Origin: a virus
Virus record (IMG/VR): IMGVR_UViG_3300025137_000016
DNA length: 64,000 nt
Reading direction: 5' to 3' (one strand)
Below, in pieces: positions 39,161 to 48,578 of this stretch. The number at the start of each line of letters is the position of its first letter. Within the stretch, counting starts at the first letter, position 1. The translations under genes and the position numbers were made by a program. Under the pieces are notes generated by a model. The model was not told the origin of the DNA, did no database searches, and saw only the letters and a program-made list of their open reading frames with translations.

Positions 39161-39171
39161 AGGAGTGCCCA

Positions 39172-40014
39172 GTGCGAAGTATATGTAAGAGTATAGTCTT
39201 GTTGTATATACTGCTTATTGCAGGTTGTGCAACAGTACCTCAAAAGATTCAAGATTATAACGAGCTTGGACCTTTTCAGCATAAGACTCCTACACATGAA
39301 TTATTAACAGGTCTACCAGAATTAGATCAGGAAACAATAACAATAGCAGTTTATTCTTTCACCGATAAAACTGGGCAAAGAAAACCCAGTACAAATTTTT
39401 CACAATTGTCAACTGCTGTATCTCAAGGACCAGAAGTCTGGGTGATACAAGCATTAAAAGAAGCTGGCAATGGTACTTGGTTCAAAGTTGTTGAAAGAGG
39501 TGGGTTAGATAACCTCGTTAAAGAAAGACAACTGATACGATCTACTAGAGAATCGTATGAAGGACAAGAAGCAAATAAGAATAGTTTAAAACCACTATTG
39601 TTTGCTGGTCTTATATTAGAAGGTGGGATTGTTTCCTACGATACTAATATAGACACTGGAGGTTTTGGTGTTAGATACTTTGGCATCGGTGCTCATGAAG
39701 AGTATAGAGTTGACCAAGTGACTGTTGCTCTAAGAGTTATAGCAGTACAAACTGGCGAAGTGATGCTCGCAGTATCAAGCACGAAAACTATCGCTTCACA
39801 TAAAACTGGACTGGATGCTTTTCGGTTTATTGATATGGGAACTAGAGCGATAGAAGTTGAAAGTGGAGTTAGTTCCAACGAACCTGTAAATTATGCCATA
39901 AGATCTGCAGTAGAAAACTGTATTATAGAGATGATTAAGCAAGGAGAGAAAAACTCTCTATGGAAATTTAAGGAGAAAAAGTATGTACCAGATATTAAAA
40001 AAGACTTACATTAA
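39172..40014 (+). CDS. csgG: Curli secretion channel CsgG-like lipoprotein
   Basis: Lipobox IAGC; AVYSFTDKTGQRK, STAVSQG, VERGGLDNL.KERQLIR, YRVDQVTV.LR. Confidence 0.9.
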   Translation: MRSICKSIVLLYILLIAGCATVPQKIQDYNELGPFQHKTPTHELLTGLPELDQETITIAVYSFTDKTGQRKPSTNFSQLSTAVSQGPEVWVIQALKEAGNGTWFKVVERGGLDNLVKERQLIRSTRESYEGQEANKNSLKPLLFAGLILEGGIVSYDTNIDTGGFGVRYFGIGAHEEYRVDQVTVALRVIAVQTGEVMLAVSSTKTIASHKTGLDAFRFIDMGTRAIEVESGVSSNEPVNYAIRSAVENCIIEMIKQGEKNSLWKFKEKKYVPDIKKDLH

Positions 40015-40690
40015 TATTATTTCTGTTGTATTCATTATGACTGTGTCATCCTATTTGTATGCGAATGATATTTATGTCACACAGTCTGGGGCAACTCTAG
40101 ATTTAGACATCACACAGGATGGACAAAATAACACAGTTGGTAATTCAACCACTGCTTCATCATCTATCGGAGCCACTACTAGTTTAAACATTGATCAAGT
40201 AGGAAACTCGAATGTTATTACTTATGCTATAAATGGTGCTTCTTATACAGGTGTTATTAATTTAGCTGGTAATAGTAATAATGTAGATTTAAATTGTGAT
40301 AGCACAGGAGGAAACTCTTCTTGTGGATCTGCTAATGCTGTAATCAATTTCACAGGTAGTTCAAATGATATAGATTTAGATATTGGTCAAACCTCGTCAG
40401 CATCAAGTGCTGATGTTGATTTAGTTGGTCAATCAGGATCTGATTCAAATACTTTGGCAGCAACTGTAGATGGCAACTCTGCTATCTTAACAATCACTGT
40501 AAATGGTGATACAAATAACTGGCTAATCGATATAGATGGTAATGGTGATGTCAATGGACATACCTTAATACATTCTCATACAGGTGGAATAGCTGATGTT
40601 GATATTGTTCAATCTGGTGTTAATGACCAAATGATTAACTTGACAACTTCGGGAGATAACCATGACATCGATATCAGTCAGACTGACTAA
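39983..40690 (+). CDS. Secreted curlin-repeat-like beta-solenoid protein
   Basis: Signal peptide; repeated I.Q.G..N units. Confidence 0.7.
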   Translation: MYQILKKTYINIISVVFIMTVSSYLYANDIYVTQSGATLDLDITQDGQNNTVGNSTTASSSIGATTSLNIDQVGNSNVITYAINGASYTGVINLAGNSNNVDLNCDSTGGNSSCGSANAVINFTGSSNDIDLDIGQTSSASSADVDLVGQSGSDSNTLAATVDGNSAILTITVNGDTNNWLIDIDGNGDVNGHTLIHSHTGGIADVDIVQSGVNDQMINLTTSGDNHDIDISQTD

Positions 40691-40775
40691 CATTGTCGGA
40701 GATAATCTAGGCAATTTTTTTCATGATATAATACACGATCCATCAATCATGTTAATTCTATCGTTTAGTTTCTAA

Positions 40776-41891
40776 ATGAAATTCGCTTTACCATTAACTG
40801 TATTGTTCATGCTTGTACTATGCTCTCAAGAAGTGAAAGCAAGTATAGGAGAAGTGACACTACATGAAGGCAACGGAAGTATTGAAAGAAAAACTAATGG
40901 CGAATCTGTCACTACTGAAAAAGAAGTAGATGTATTCAGTTATGATACAGTTAAAACTGGAAATGGTAAAACTGCTATTGAGTTTATTGACGATACCAGA
41001 GTTGATGTCACAAGTCATAGTAAATTAGTCATTGATGAATTTGTTTACGATCCTAATACTAAGACAGGAAAGTTATCATTAAAAGCTAGTCTCGGAACAA
41101 TAAGATATGCTTCTGGTCAGATAGCAAAAAACTCAGCAACAGATGTAAATATTACTACTCCAACAGCAACCATTGCTGTAAGGGGAACTGACTTCACTAT
41201 GACTGTAGATGAGGTTGGGTCTTCTACTATTATATTATTACCAAGTTGTGATACCACAGGTGCTTGTTATGTAGGGGAGATAGCTGTAGAATCTGATGCT
41301 GGATTTGTAATATTAAACCAAGCATTCCAGGCAACAGTAGTTGATACAATATCAAGTCAACCTATGAAGCCAGTGATACTAAATTTAGATGAGGAGATGA
41401 TTGGTAATTTATTAATAGTATCTAAACCAAGAGAGATAGCAGAAGAACAATCTAGGGAAGATTCGTATAACCAAGTTGCTAGTGCATTAGATATAGATTT
41501 TTTACAGTTTGATGATTTAGAAATAGATTACTTAGAAGATGAAGAAGATACTTGGTCAACTGGATTAGATATAGATTTTTTAGAACAAAATTTTCTAGTA
41601 GATATTTTGGCTCAGATAAATAAAGAACTTGCTAAAGCTATGCGAAGCGAGTTTGATAAGAAAAAATCAACTAGTAATGTTCAATTAGGGAAAGACCCTG
41701 TCACTGGTATTATAATTTTAGATGAAGATCCTCAATGGGTTTATTCTAGAGAAGGTGCAGGAAACTTTTTTGAATTAAGATTAGATAAGGAATATGGCTA
41801 TGTCATTTCATTTACACAAAACGATTTTCAAATTATGGATTACGAACTAGGAGGAGCAGAAAATGTTATCGACATTCTTCAAAATCAGTAG
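40776..41891 (+). CDS. FecR-domain exported protein
   Basis: Signal peptide; D.VKTG, F.DDT, and ITTPTATIAVRGTDF. Confidence 0.85.
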   Translation: MKFALPLTVLFMLVLCSQEVKASIGEVTLHEGNGSIERKTNGESVTTEKEVDVFSYDTVKTGNGKTAIEFIDDTRVDVTSHSKLVIDEFVYDPNTKTGKLSLKASLGTIRYASGQIAKNSATDVNITTPTATIAVRGTDFTMTVDEVGSSTIILLPSCDTTGACYVGEIAVESDAGFVILNQAFQATVVDTISSQPMKPVILNLDEEMIGNLLIVSKPREIAEEQSREDSYNQVASALDIDFLQFDDLEIDYLEDEEDTWSTGLDIDFLEQNFLVDILAQINKELAKAMRSEFDKKKSTSNVQLGKDPVTGIIILDEDPQWVYSREGAGNFFELRLDKEYGYVISFTQNDFQIMDYELGGAENVIDILQNQ

Positions 41892-43236
41892 CATACTTGT
41901 ATTAAGTTTTTTACTCTCATCTAAAGCATGGGGTGGTAGTCTTAATTACGAAGTCTGGGGTATCTCAACTTATGCTCCTATGTTAGAATCACCTTGTTAT
42001 AATAACTATGCGTATCTTTCTACATGTAATAATACAAACTGGGCAGGTGTTGGTGTGTCTCAAGGAACTGGTACTCTTAGTAGTTTAAATTATAACTGGA
42101 ATAGTGGTCAAATAAATTTTGGAGGGAACACCAATTTTGGCTACGACCAAAAAATGGCAGTCATCACAGGTTATTGGCAACATCCAGGAACAGCTGGTCA
42201 ATCATCAACAGTATATTTTGCTGGTCGTAATGATGATGGTCTTATAGTAAATATTAATAATACCAAAGTAATATCTGACTGGGCACAACAAGGTCCAACA
42301 TATTGGAACTCCAGTGGTTCATTTACAGGTGTGGGTGGTCAATGGTATCCAATAATGATTAACTGGTATGAATGGGGTGGTTCTGCTAATATGGATATAC
42401 ATTATAGTTTATCTAATTTAAGTTTAAACTCTACAAGTGGTTGGTTAGATATGAACAACAATCATTTTAGTACATCAGCTCCAGTGACAGCAACAGTTGC
42501 AACAAGTGGTCAATCAAGTTTGGTCACCACAGGTAAAGGAGCAACAGGTGAGGGAGTAAATCTAAATGTACAAGGGGATAATAATGATATCAATATACAA
42601 CAAGCTGGGAACAACAATTTTATCGTAGGTACTAACTGGTCAAGTGCTGCTCAACTTACTGGAGATAATAATACTATAAACTTCAGTCAAGGAAACCACA
42701 ATACAAGTGGCAGTAGTGGTAGTAATGGTATCGGCTTTGATATTACAGGGGATAGTAATACTGTGAGTATATCCCAAGGAGATGCTTCTGCTGATACTGG
42801 TGATCATAGAGTATGGATGGATATTGATGGGGATAGTAATGTGTTATCTCTATTACAAAAAAACAATGGCGATACTAACTCTGAGCATTACATGCATATT
42901 GATATTGATTCTAGTAGTAATAATGTATTGGCTTATCAACATAACGATGGAGATAAAACATTATTCTTAGATATAAATAATAACAGTAATGATGTGGATA
43001 TATTTCAGTATGGTACTGGCTCACATTTTCTTGATGTATTATTGGATTCAGGAAGTAGTGCTCATGATATAGATATCACGCAGGACGGAGCAGGAGATCA
43101 TGGAGCAAGAATAGACTTGTCTGGATATTCATATGATTTTGATTTATCACAAGATAGTGGTAGTTCTAAAAGCTATGTCGTAGAAGGTATATGTGCAACC
43201 TCTAGTGGTTGTAGTTTATCTACCACACAAAACTAA
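41863..43236 (+). CDS. Secreted PA14-domain plus curlin-repeat protein
   Basis: NDDG and WYEWGG (PA14); C-terminal Q.G..N repeats. Confidence 0.7.
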   Translation: MLSTFFKISSILVLSFLLSSKAWGGSLNYEVWGISTYAPMLESPCYNNYAYLSTCNNTNWAGVGVSQGTGTLSSLNYNWNSGQINFGGNTNFGYDQKMAVITGYWQHPGTAGQSSTVYFAGRNDDGLIVNINNTKVISDWAQQGPTYWNSSGSFTGVGGQWYPIMINWYEWGGSANMDIHYSLSNLSLNSTSGWLDMNNNHFSTSAPVTATVATSGQSSLVTTGKGATGEGVNLNVQGDNNDINIQQAGNNNFIVGTNWSSAAQLTGDNNTINFSQGNHNTSGSSGSNGIGFDITGDSNTVSISQGDASADTGDHRVWMDIDGDSNVLSLLQKNNGDTNSEHYMHIDIDSSSNNVLAYQHNDGDKTLFLDINNNSNDVDIFQYGTGSHFLDVLLDSGSSAHDIDITQDGAGDHGARIDLSGYSYDFDLSQDSGSSKSYVVEGICATSSGCSLSTTQN

Positions 43237-43248
43237 CTAAATATAATA

Positions 43249-43677
43249 TTGGCATATAGTAAAAAAGTCGTAGACCGATTCGAAAGTGTTCTACGCAATC
43301 CAAAAAAACATTCGGTTGGTAGATTCAATCCGAAGGATGCTGATGTTGCGACAGGTATGGTAGGAGCTCCTGCTTGTGGTGATGTAATGAAATTACAATT
43401 GAAACTTGATAGAGCCAACGATCCTGATAAAGCTAAGATCGTAGATGTTAAGTTTAAAACATATGGGTGTGGTTCTGCTATCGCATCTTCTACTATGTTT
43501 GTAGAAATGTTAAAAGGTAAAACTATTGAAGAAGCAAAAAATATAAAAGATAAAGAAATAGCTGAAGCATTAGAATTACCTCCAATAAAATTACACTGTT
43601 CAGTATTAGCAGAAGAAAGTATTAAAAAAGCGATAGAAGATTGGTATGATAAAAAATATTCTGACCCACTGGACTAG
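43249..43677 (+). CDS. iscU: Fe-S cluster scaffold (TTG start)
   Basis: GAPACGDVM, FKTYGCGSAIAS and LPPIKLHCS; CTAAATA at 43237. Confidence 0.93.
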   Translation: MAYSKKVVDRFESVLRNPKKHSVGRFNPKDADVATGMVGAPACGDVMKLQLKLDRANDPDKAKIVDVKFKTYGCGSAIASSTMFVEMLKGKTIEEAKNIKDKEIAEALELPPIKLHCSVLAEESIKKAIEDWYDKKYSDPLD

Positions 43678-43944
43678 TGCCTTTAAAGAAGGGATAGCAT
43701 AATGTACTTTATTATTACAGCATGGCTCACACTATATTCTGGTCCAGCAATACATCACGAGTTGAATACAATACAGTTTGAAGACACCTGGCAGTGTCAT
43801 GAATACATTGCAGAAAACAAGATGGCATTGCTCTTACCTCATATTGAAACTTATGGCGATGATCTAAAAGGGTTTGAATTCTACTGTGAAAACAGGTGGA
43901 ATGATTAATGTCTAAAATTTTTACGCATTGGACTAGTGCCTTTA
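43670..43944 (+). repeat. 16-bp direct repeat TGGACTAGTGCCTTTA flanking an inserted gene
   Basis: Copies at 43670-43685 and 43929-43944. Confidence 0.85.
43702..43908 (+). CDS. Small two-Cys hypothetical protein
   Basis: Hydrophobic N-terminus; F....C..Y...C pattern. Confidence 0.6.
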   Translation: MYFIITAWLTLYSGPAIHHELNTIQFEDTWQCHEYIAENKMALLLPHIETYGDDLKGFEFYCENRWND

Positions 43945-45746
43945 TAACTGTTGCCATCCTGGCAATTATAGGATTCGCAAATCCTGACTTCAAAGAAATA
44001 ATTAAACTAAAGTCTTTCGACTTTTTACTTGCGTCTGAAGAACAAACCTTTTCAGATGATATAGTAATAGTTGAAATAGATGAACAGACCATAGATAAAC
44101 TTGGTCAATATCCTTTTGCTAGAACTCACTATGCAGATCTAATAGACAAGCTAAGAATTGCTGGGGCAGGTGTAATAGTATTCCCAATATTATTCTCGGA
44201 AGAAGATAGAGAAGGTGGTGATGATTTATTTAAGAATTATCTAACTGCAGGAACTGTTATTGCTCAGCTAGGAACTAATGATATTAATAAGAATGGTGTA
44301 CCAAGAGGTGTAGCTAAGATTGGCGATCCCTTACCTTATCTATTTGAATGGGGTGGTATGCTTGGACCAATACCTGAACTTGGACAATCAGCAAATGGTG
44401 TAGGTGTTGTTAATACTGCACCAGAGTTAGATGGAGTTGTTCGTAGAGTACCACTATTGATGAGGATAGGTGAAGATGTATATCCTAGTATTGCCATAGA
44501 GGTTATTAGAGTTGCAGTAGGTGACCCATCGTATCAAGTTAAAGCAGGTGTTGCTGGTATTCAAGCTATGAGGGTTCCAGGATTCGCTACTATTGAAACT
44601 GATGCTAATGCTAGAATATGGTTGAGACATAACAAAGAATATCATACTATCTCAATGATAGATATCGAAGAAGAATTAAATGAACTATTAATATTTGGTA
44701 AGACTGTTATCGTATCACCAACTGCTGCTGGGATTTCAAATATAATTGCTACACCAAGAGGTGAACAGTATTCACATTATATAACTGCTTCAACTTTAGA
44801 TACAGTATTATCTGGTGAGCAAATAACTCGAGTAGATTATCTACCATTGCTTGAATTACTTGCTATGGTAGTTTGGGCAGTAATAACTATATTGGCTTGT
44901 AGATTTTTACCATACGCATGGTTGGCAGTTTACTTAGCGACTATTATAATTGCTGCAGGAGTAAAAGCATATCTAGCATTTACTTGGTATGGTTGGCTGA
45001 TAGATGTATCTTGGTTTATTATCGCAATGTTCTTAGTAGGATTTCATTCTACCTTTACTAGATTTATATTAGAGTTTAATCTAAAACAACAAATAAGAAA
45101 ACAGTTTGAAAGATACTTAGATCCTAGACAAGTTGCTATCTTACAAAAAGATCCTAGCAAATTAAAACTTGGTGGTGAGAAAAGAGAGATGAGTTTCTTG
45201 TTTATGGATATAGTTGGCTTCACACCTATATCAGAATTCTTTAAAAACAATGACGATCCCGAAGGATTAGTAGAACTGATTAATGATTATCTAAATCGTA
45301 TGAGTAAGATCGTTATGAATAATGGTGGCACCATAGATAAATATATGGGCGATTGTATTATGGCTTTCTGGAATGCTCCATTAGATTGTGAGGATCACGC
45401 AGAGATGGCAGTCAAGACTAGTATAGAGTGTGCCATAGAAACTGAAGAATTGAAAAAGATGTACAAAGAAAAAGGTTTGCCTGAGATTAATATTGGTTCA
45501 GGAGTAAATACTGGAACTTGTATTGTAGGCAATATGGGTAGTGAGATGAGATTTGATTATTCAGTTATTGGTGATGCAGTAAATCTTGCTGCTAGATTAG
45601 AAGCCCAGACTAGAAACTATGATAACTGTACCACATTATATTCACAGTACACCAAAGATGCCCTAAATAATATCAAGTCAAAAGAACTTGACAAGATAAA
45701 AGTAAAAGGAAAAGAAGAACTCATAACCATATACGAGCCATGTTAG
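43908..45746 (+). CDS. CHASE2-domain class III adenylate cyclase
   Basis: IVIVEIDE..LGQYPF.R and DGVVRRVP (CHASE2), three TMs, FMDIVGFT, DKYMGD, IGDAVNLAARLE. Confidence 0.92.
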   Translation: MSKIFTHWTSAFITVAILAIIGFANPDFKEIIKLKSFDFLLASEEQTFSDDIVIVEIDEQTIDKLGQYPFARTHYADLIDKLRIAGAGVIVFPILFSEEDREGGDDLFKNYLTAGTVIAQLGTNDINKNGVPRGVAKIGDPLPYLFEWGGMLGPIPELGQSANGVGVVNTAPELDGVVRRVPLLMRIGEDVYPSIAIEVIRVAVGDPSYQVKAGVAGIQAMRVPGFATIETDANARIWLRHNKEYHTISMIDIEEELNELLIFGKTVIVSPTAAGISNIIATPRGEQYSHYITASTLDTVLSGEQITRVDYLPLLELLAMVVWAVITILACRFLPYAWLAVYLATIIIAAGVKAYLAFTWYGWLIDVSWFIIAMFLVGFHSTFTRFILEFNLKQQIRKQFERYLDPRQVAILQKDPSKLKLGGEKREMSFLFMDIVGFTPISEFFKNNDDPEGLVELINDYLNRMSKIVMNNGGTIDKYMGDCIMAFWNAPLDCEDHAEMAVKTSIECAIETEELKKMYKEKGLPEINIGSGVNTGTCIVGNMGSEMRFDYSVIGDAVNLAARLEAQTRNYDNCTTLYSQYTKDALNNIKSKELDKIKVKGKEELITIYEPC

Positions 45747-46024
45747 AAACAATTTTTTATATAGTGCTAGTAGCATATACAGTCCCAGGAGTTCAACTAT
45801 CTTCTGTATGGACTACTCCATTTGCAAATGAAGTTGAGTGCCAATACTATTTAGATAACGAAGTACCAAAACACGAACTACCATTCCCAACTAATGAAGA
45901 AGGTAAACTGATTGTCGTTTATGAAGACGTGGAATATGAAGTAGAATTTTGGGCTCATTCATGTGAGGAGCATTATTATGACGCAGAAAACAATGTATTC
46001 AGAGTTCTCCCAAGATCTATCTAA
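45740..46024 (+). CDS. Small two-Cys hypothetical protein
   Basis: Same layout as 43702-43908. Confidence 0.55.
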   Translation: MLETIFYIVLVAYTVPGVQLSSVWTTPFANEVECQYYLDNEVPKHELPFPTNEEGKLIVVYEDVEYEVEFWAHSCEEHYYDAENNVFRVLPRSI

Positions 46025-46724
46025 TTACTTAATCCCATTAAACATTCCCAAAATAGAAAGACCTAATCTCTGGTCTACTAATAAGAAAACAATTACAGTT
46101 GTCAATCTTACTAAAGATGGAGAACTAACCACCGATCTTCAACCTGAAGATACTAATATGCTAGACCAAGAGATGCATTTCAATGTTGGTCATTATGCAA
46201 ATGACCATGAACATGGTGGTCAGTGGAGACAGAACTCTTTTCCCTGGGAACTTCGCCGAGAAGTAATTCCTAACATCGTACATAGATACCTTAATTGGAT
46301 TCCTGGAGGTTGGTATTGTATTGTTCTAACAACTGCACCCAATTCTCAAATGGCTTTACATTCTCATTCTCGTCAGCATGGCGACTCATGGGCAATAAAC
46401 ATGACTTGGGGAGAGGGAGAACATTATACAGATTTCTATTCCCACCCAACATGGGATTTTAATTTCCAAGAATCTGTTGCTGTGAGGGATCCAGATAAAT
46501 TTAAACATAGAGATGATATCTATGCCATCCTAACTGAGAAAGAACAAGCAGAATGTACTAAAGTATTCACCCATCAAAATGATGGAACCTGTCTTATTAA
46601 TCTCTCTACCATACATGGAGTTCGGAATATGAGCGATAAACCTCGCACAACTCTGCAGTTTGCACCATACATCCCTCTGAAGAGGGAAATAGCTCTTAAA
46701 CACCTAAAAAACAGGGTAAAATAA
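45978..46724 (+). CDS. Cupin / Fe(II)-oxygenase-like protein
   Basis: LHSH, WAIN and LINLSTIHGVRN..PR motifs. Confidence 0.6.
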   Translation: MTQKTMYSEFSQDLSNYLIPLNIPKIERPNLWSTNKKTITVVNLTKDGELTTDLQPEDTNMLDQEMHFNVGHYANDHEHGGQWRQNSFPWELRREVIPNIVHRYLNWIPGGWYCIVLTTAPNSQMALHSHSRQHGDSWAINMTWGEGEHYTDFYSHPTWDFNFQESVAVRDPDKFKHRDDIYAILTEKEQAECTKVFTHQNDGTCLINLSTIHGVRNMSDKPRTTLQFAPYIPLKREIALKHLKNRVK

Positions 46725-46891
46725 GGAGTAATAGTATCTAGAGCTATTTTAAGCCCATTCTAGAGCACCCATAAAAAGCTGGTACAACTAACCCAACCCA
46801 TGTCTGTTTGCGTCCCTGTGTCCTGATATGGAGTCCGCTTTTCACCTCAGAGCTCCCTTTTTGCTCTATTCAATCTTTTTTCGCCTTATAT

Positions 46892-46920
46892 TTTACTTTT
46901 AAGTTTTTTTAGAGTATATT
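46892..46920 (+). promoter_or_regulatory. Sigma70-type promoter
   Basis: TTTACT-17 nt-TATATT. Confidence 0.75.
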
Positions 46921-46972
46921 AATAATACTGGCGATGAAGTCAGGCTTTTTAATTATTCTATAAGGAGGATAT

Positions 46973-47233
46973 ATGTCAAAGGCAACATTAACGCAGGAAG
47001 CCAAAGTGCTTCGTGCATTGCAAAATGGTAGTGAGTTCACTGCTAATCAAATCAGTCAAAGATTCAATGTAGCGAATCCGTATGCTGTAATTCAGAACCT
47101 TAAACTAAAAGGTTATGCAATCTATCTTAACAACAGAACTAACTCTGTTGGCGAGACTTACAAGAAGTATCGAATTGGTACTCCTACAAGAGCAGTGATT
47201 GCTGCTGGATATCGTGCACTAATTAGTGCATAA
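46973..47233 (+). CDS. Winged helix-turn-helix protein
   Basis: TANQISQRF.V.NP..VI..L...GYAI; strong SD. Confidence 0.75.
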   Translation: MSKATLTQEAKVLRALQNGSEFTANQISQRFNVANPYAVIQNLKLKGYAIYLNNRTNSVGETYKKYRIGTPTRAVIAAGYRALISA

Positions 47234-47257
47234 TCATTTCGTCCTGATATGATTTTA

Positions 47258-47292
47258 AAGGGGAGTTCGATCATCAGTATTGGCTCCCCTTT
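47258..47292 (+). terminator. Rho-independent terminator-like hairpin
   Basis: AAGGGGAG...CTCCCCTT followed by a T-rich tract. Confidence 0.6.
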
Positions 47293-47318
47293 ACTTTTAA
47301 GTTTTTTAGATATAGAAT
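47290..47318 (+). promoter_or_regulatory. Sigma70-type promoter
   Basis: TTTACT-17 nt-TAGAAT. Confidence 0.8.
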
Positions 47319-47353
47319 ATAGGTATAGTGAAAATAATAACTTTGGAGGGTAA

Positions 47354-47689
47354 ATGAACGATTCATCAATTAAAATTGAAACTAATGAATACGAAGATAG
47401 AAAATATATGGAAGCAGAAAAAACAAAAATGAGACAACAACTACAGGATGCAATCTGTGAAGTTGTATTTACCAAACAGGATGGCACTGAAAGAAAAATG
47501 AAGTGCACTACTAATAGAAGATACATACCTGAAGATAAATTACCATCTTCTGAATCAATAAAGAAAACCCCAGATACCTATGACGATTTGTTTGTAGTAT
47601 TTGATACAGAACAAGCTGGTTGGAGATCTTTTAATTATCCAACTATGAAGTCATTCGCATTTCCTGGGACGGCAGATTCTAACACATGA
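47354..47689 (+). CDS. WYL_2 / SH3-like beta-barrel protein
   Basis: VVFTKQDGTER.M.CT and VFD.E..GWRSF. Confidence 0.75.
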   Translation: MNDSSIKIETNEYEDRKYMEAEKTKMRQQLQDAICEVVFTKQDGTERKMKCTTNRRYIPEDKLPSSESIKKTPDTYDDLFVVFDTEQAGWRSFNYPTMKSFAFPGTADSNT

Positions 47690-48576
47690 TACTTTTAGAT
47701 TATAGTCAAGTCGCAATAAGCAACATAATGTCTTTTCGTAAAGATATTATTCAGTCAGCCGACACAGGTGATATTAGAGGTGCCGAAGATATTATTCGTC
47801 ACTGTATATTATCTAGTGTAAAGTTATATAAGAAAAGATTTTCTAAAGAATATGGCGACATGGTTATCTGTTGTGACTCGTTTAATTATTGGAGAAAAGA
47901 TTACCATGCCTTTTATAAATCTAAAAGGGCAGGGAGTCGTGATCAAGATGATATGCCATGGGATATTCTCTTTACTATAATGAACAAAGTAAGAGAAGAG
48001 ATTATGGAGCATTCTCCATATAAAGTAATGCGTATTGAAAGATGTGAAGCTGATGATGTGATTGGTGTACTCGCAAACCACACCGATACATTTGGCAACA
48101 ATGAACCTGTTATGATTATTAGTAGCGATAAAGATTTTAAACAATTGCAAAAATACCCACACGTGAAACAGTTCTCCCCTATGCAAAAGAAGTTTGTCAC
48201 TTTGGATAAAGGGGAGACTGTGAAGGAGTTTACTACTATGCATATCGTAAAAGGTGATACAGGTGATGGTGTACCAAATATATTTTCTCCTGATGATATA
48301 TTTCATCAAGAGGGTGTACGACAGAAACCAGTGACTAAGAAAATTCTTGAATCTTTTTATGCTAATGGTCGTGATGCTTGTCAAACTGATGAGGAAAGAA
48401 CTCGTTGGGATAGGAATGAAAGATGTATTTCACTGGATTTTGTACCAGAGGAATATGAGAAAGCCATTCTAGATGAGTACCTAAATATAGAGGTTAAAGG
48501 CGATAAGATGTCACTATATAATTATTTGATGGCGAATCGTTGTAATTTATTATTAGAAGAAATTGAGGAGTTTTAA
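47686..48576 (+). CDS. rnh: T4 RNase H-like 5'-3' exonuclease
   Basis: ILLDYSQ, WRK..YK, EADDVIG, SSDKDF and GDTGDGVPN. Confidence 0.93.
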   Translation: MILLDYSQVAISNIMSFRKDIIQSADTGDIRGAEDIIRHCILSSVKLYKKRFSKEYGDMVICCDSFNYWRKDYHAFYKSKRAGSRDQDDMPWDILFTIMNKVREEIMEHSPYKVMRIERCEADDVIGVLANHTDTFGNNEPVMIISSDKDFKQLQKYPHVKQFSPMQKKFVTLDKGETVKEFTTMHIVKGDTGDGVPNIFSPDDIFHQEGVRQKPVTKKILESFYANGRDACQTDEERTRWDRNERCISLDFVPEEYEKAILDEYLNIEVKGDKMSLYNYLMANRCNLLLEEIEEF

Positions 48577-48578
48577 TT

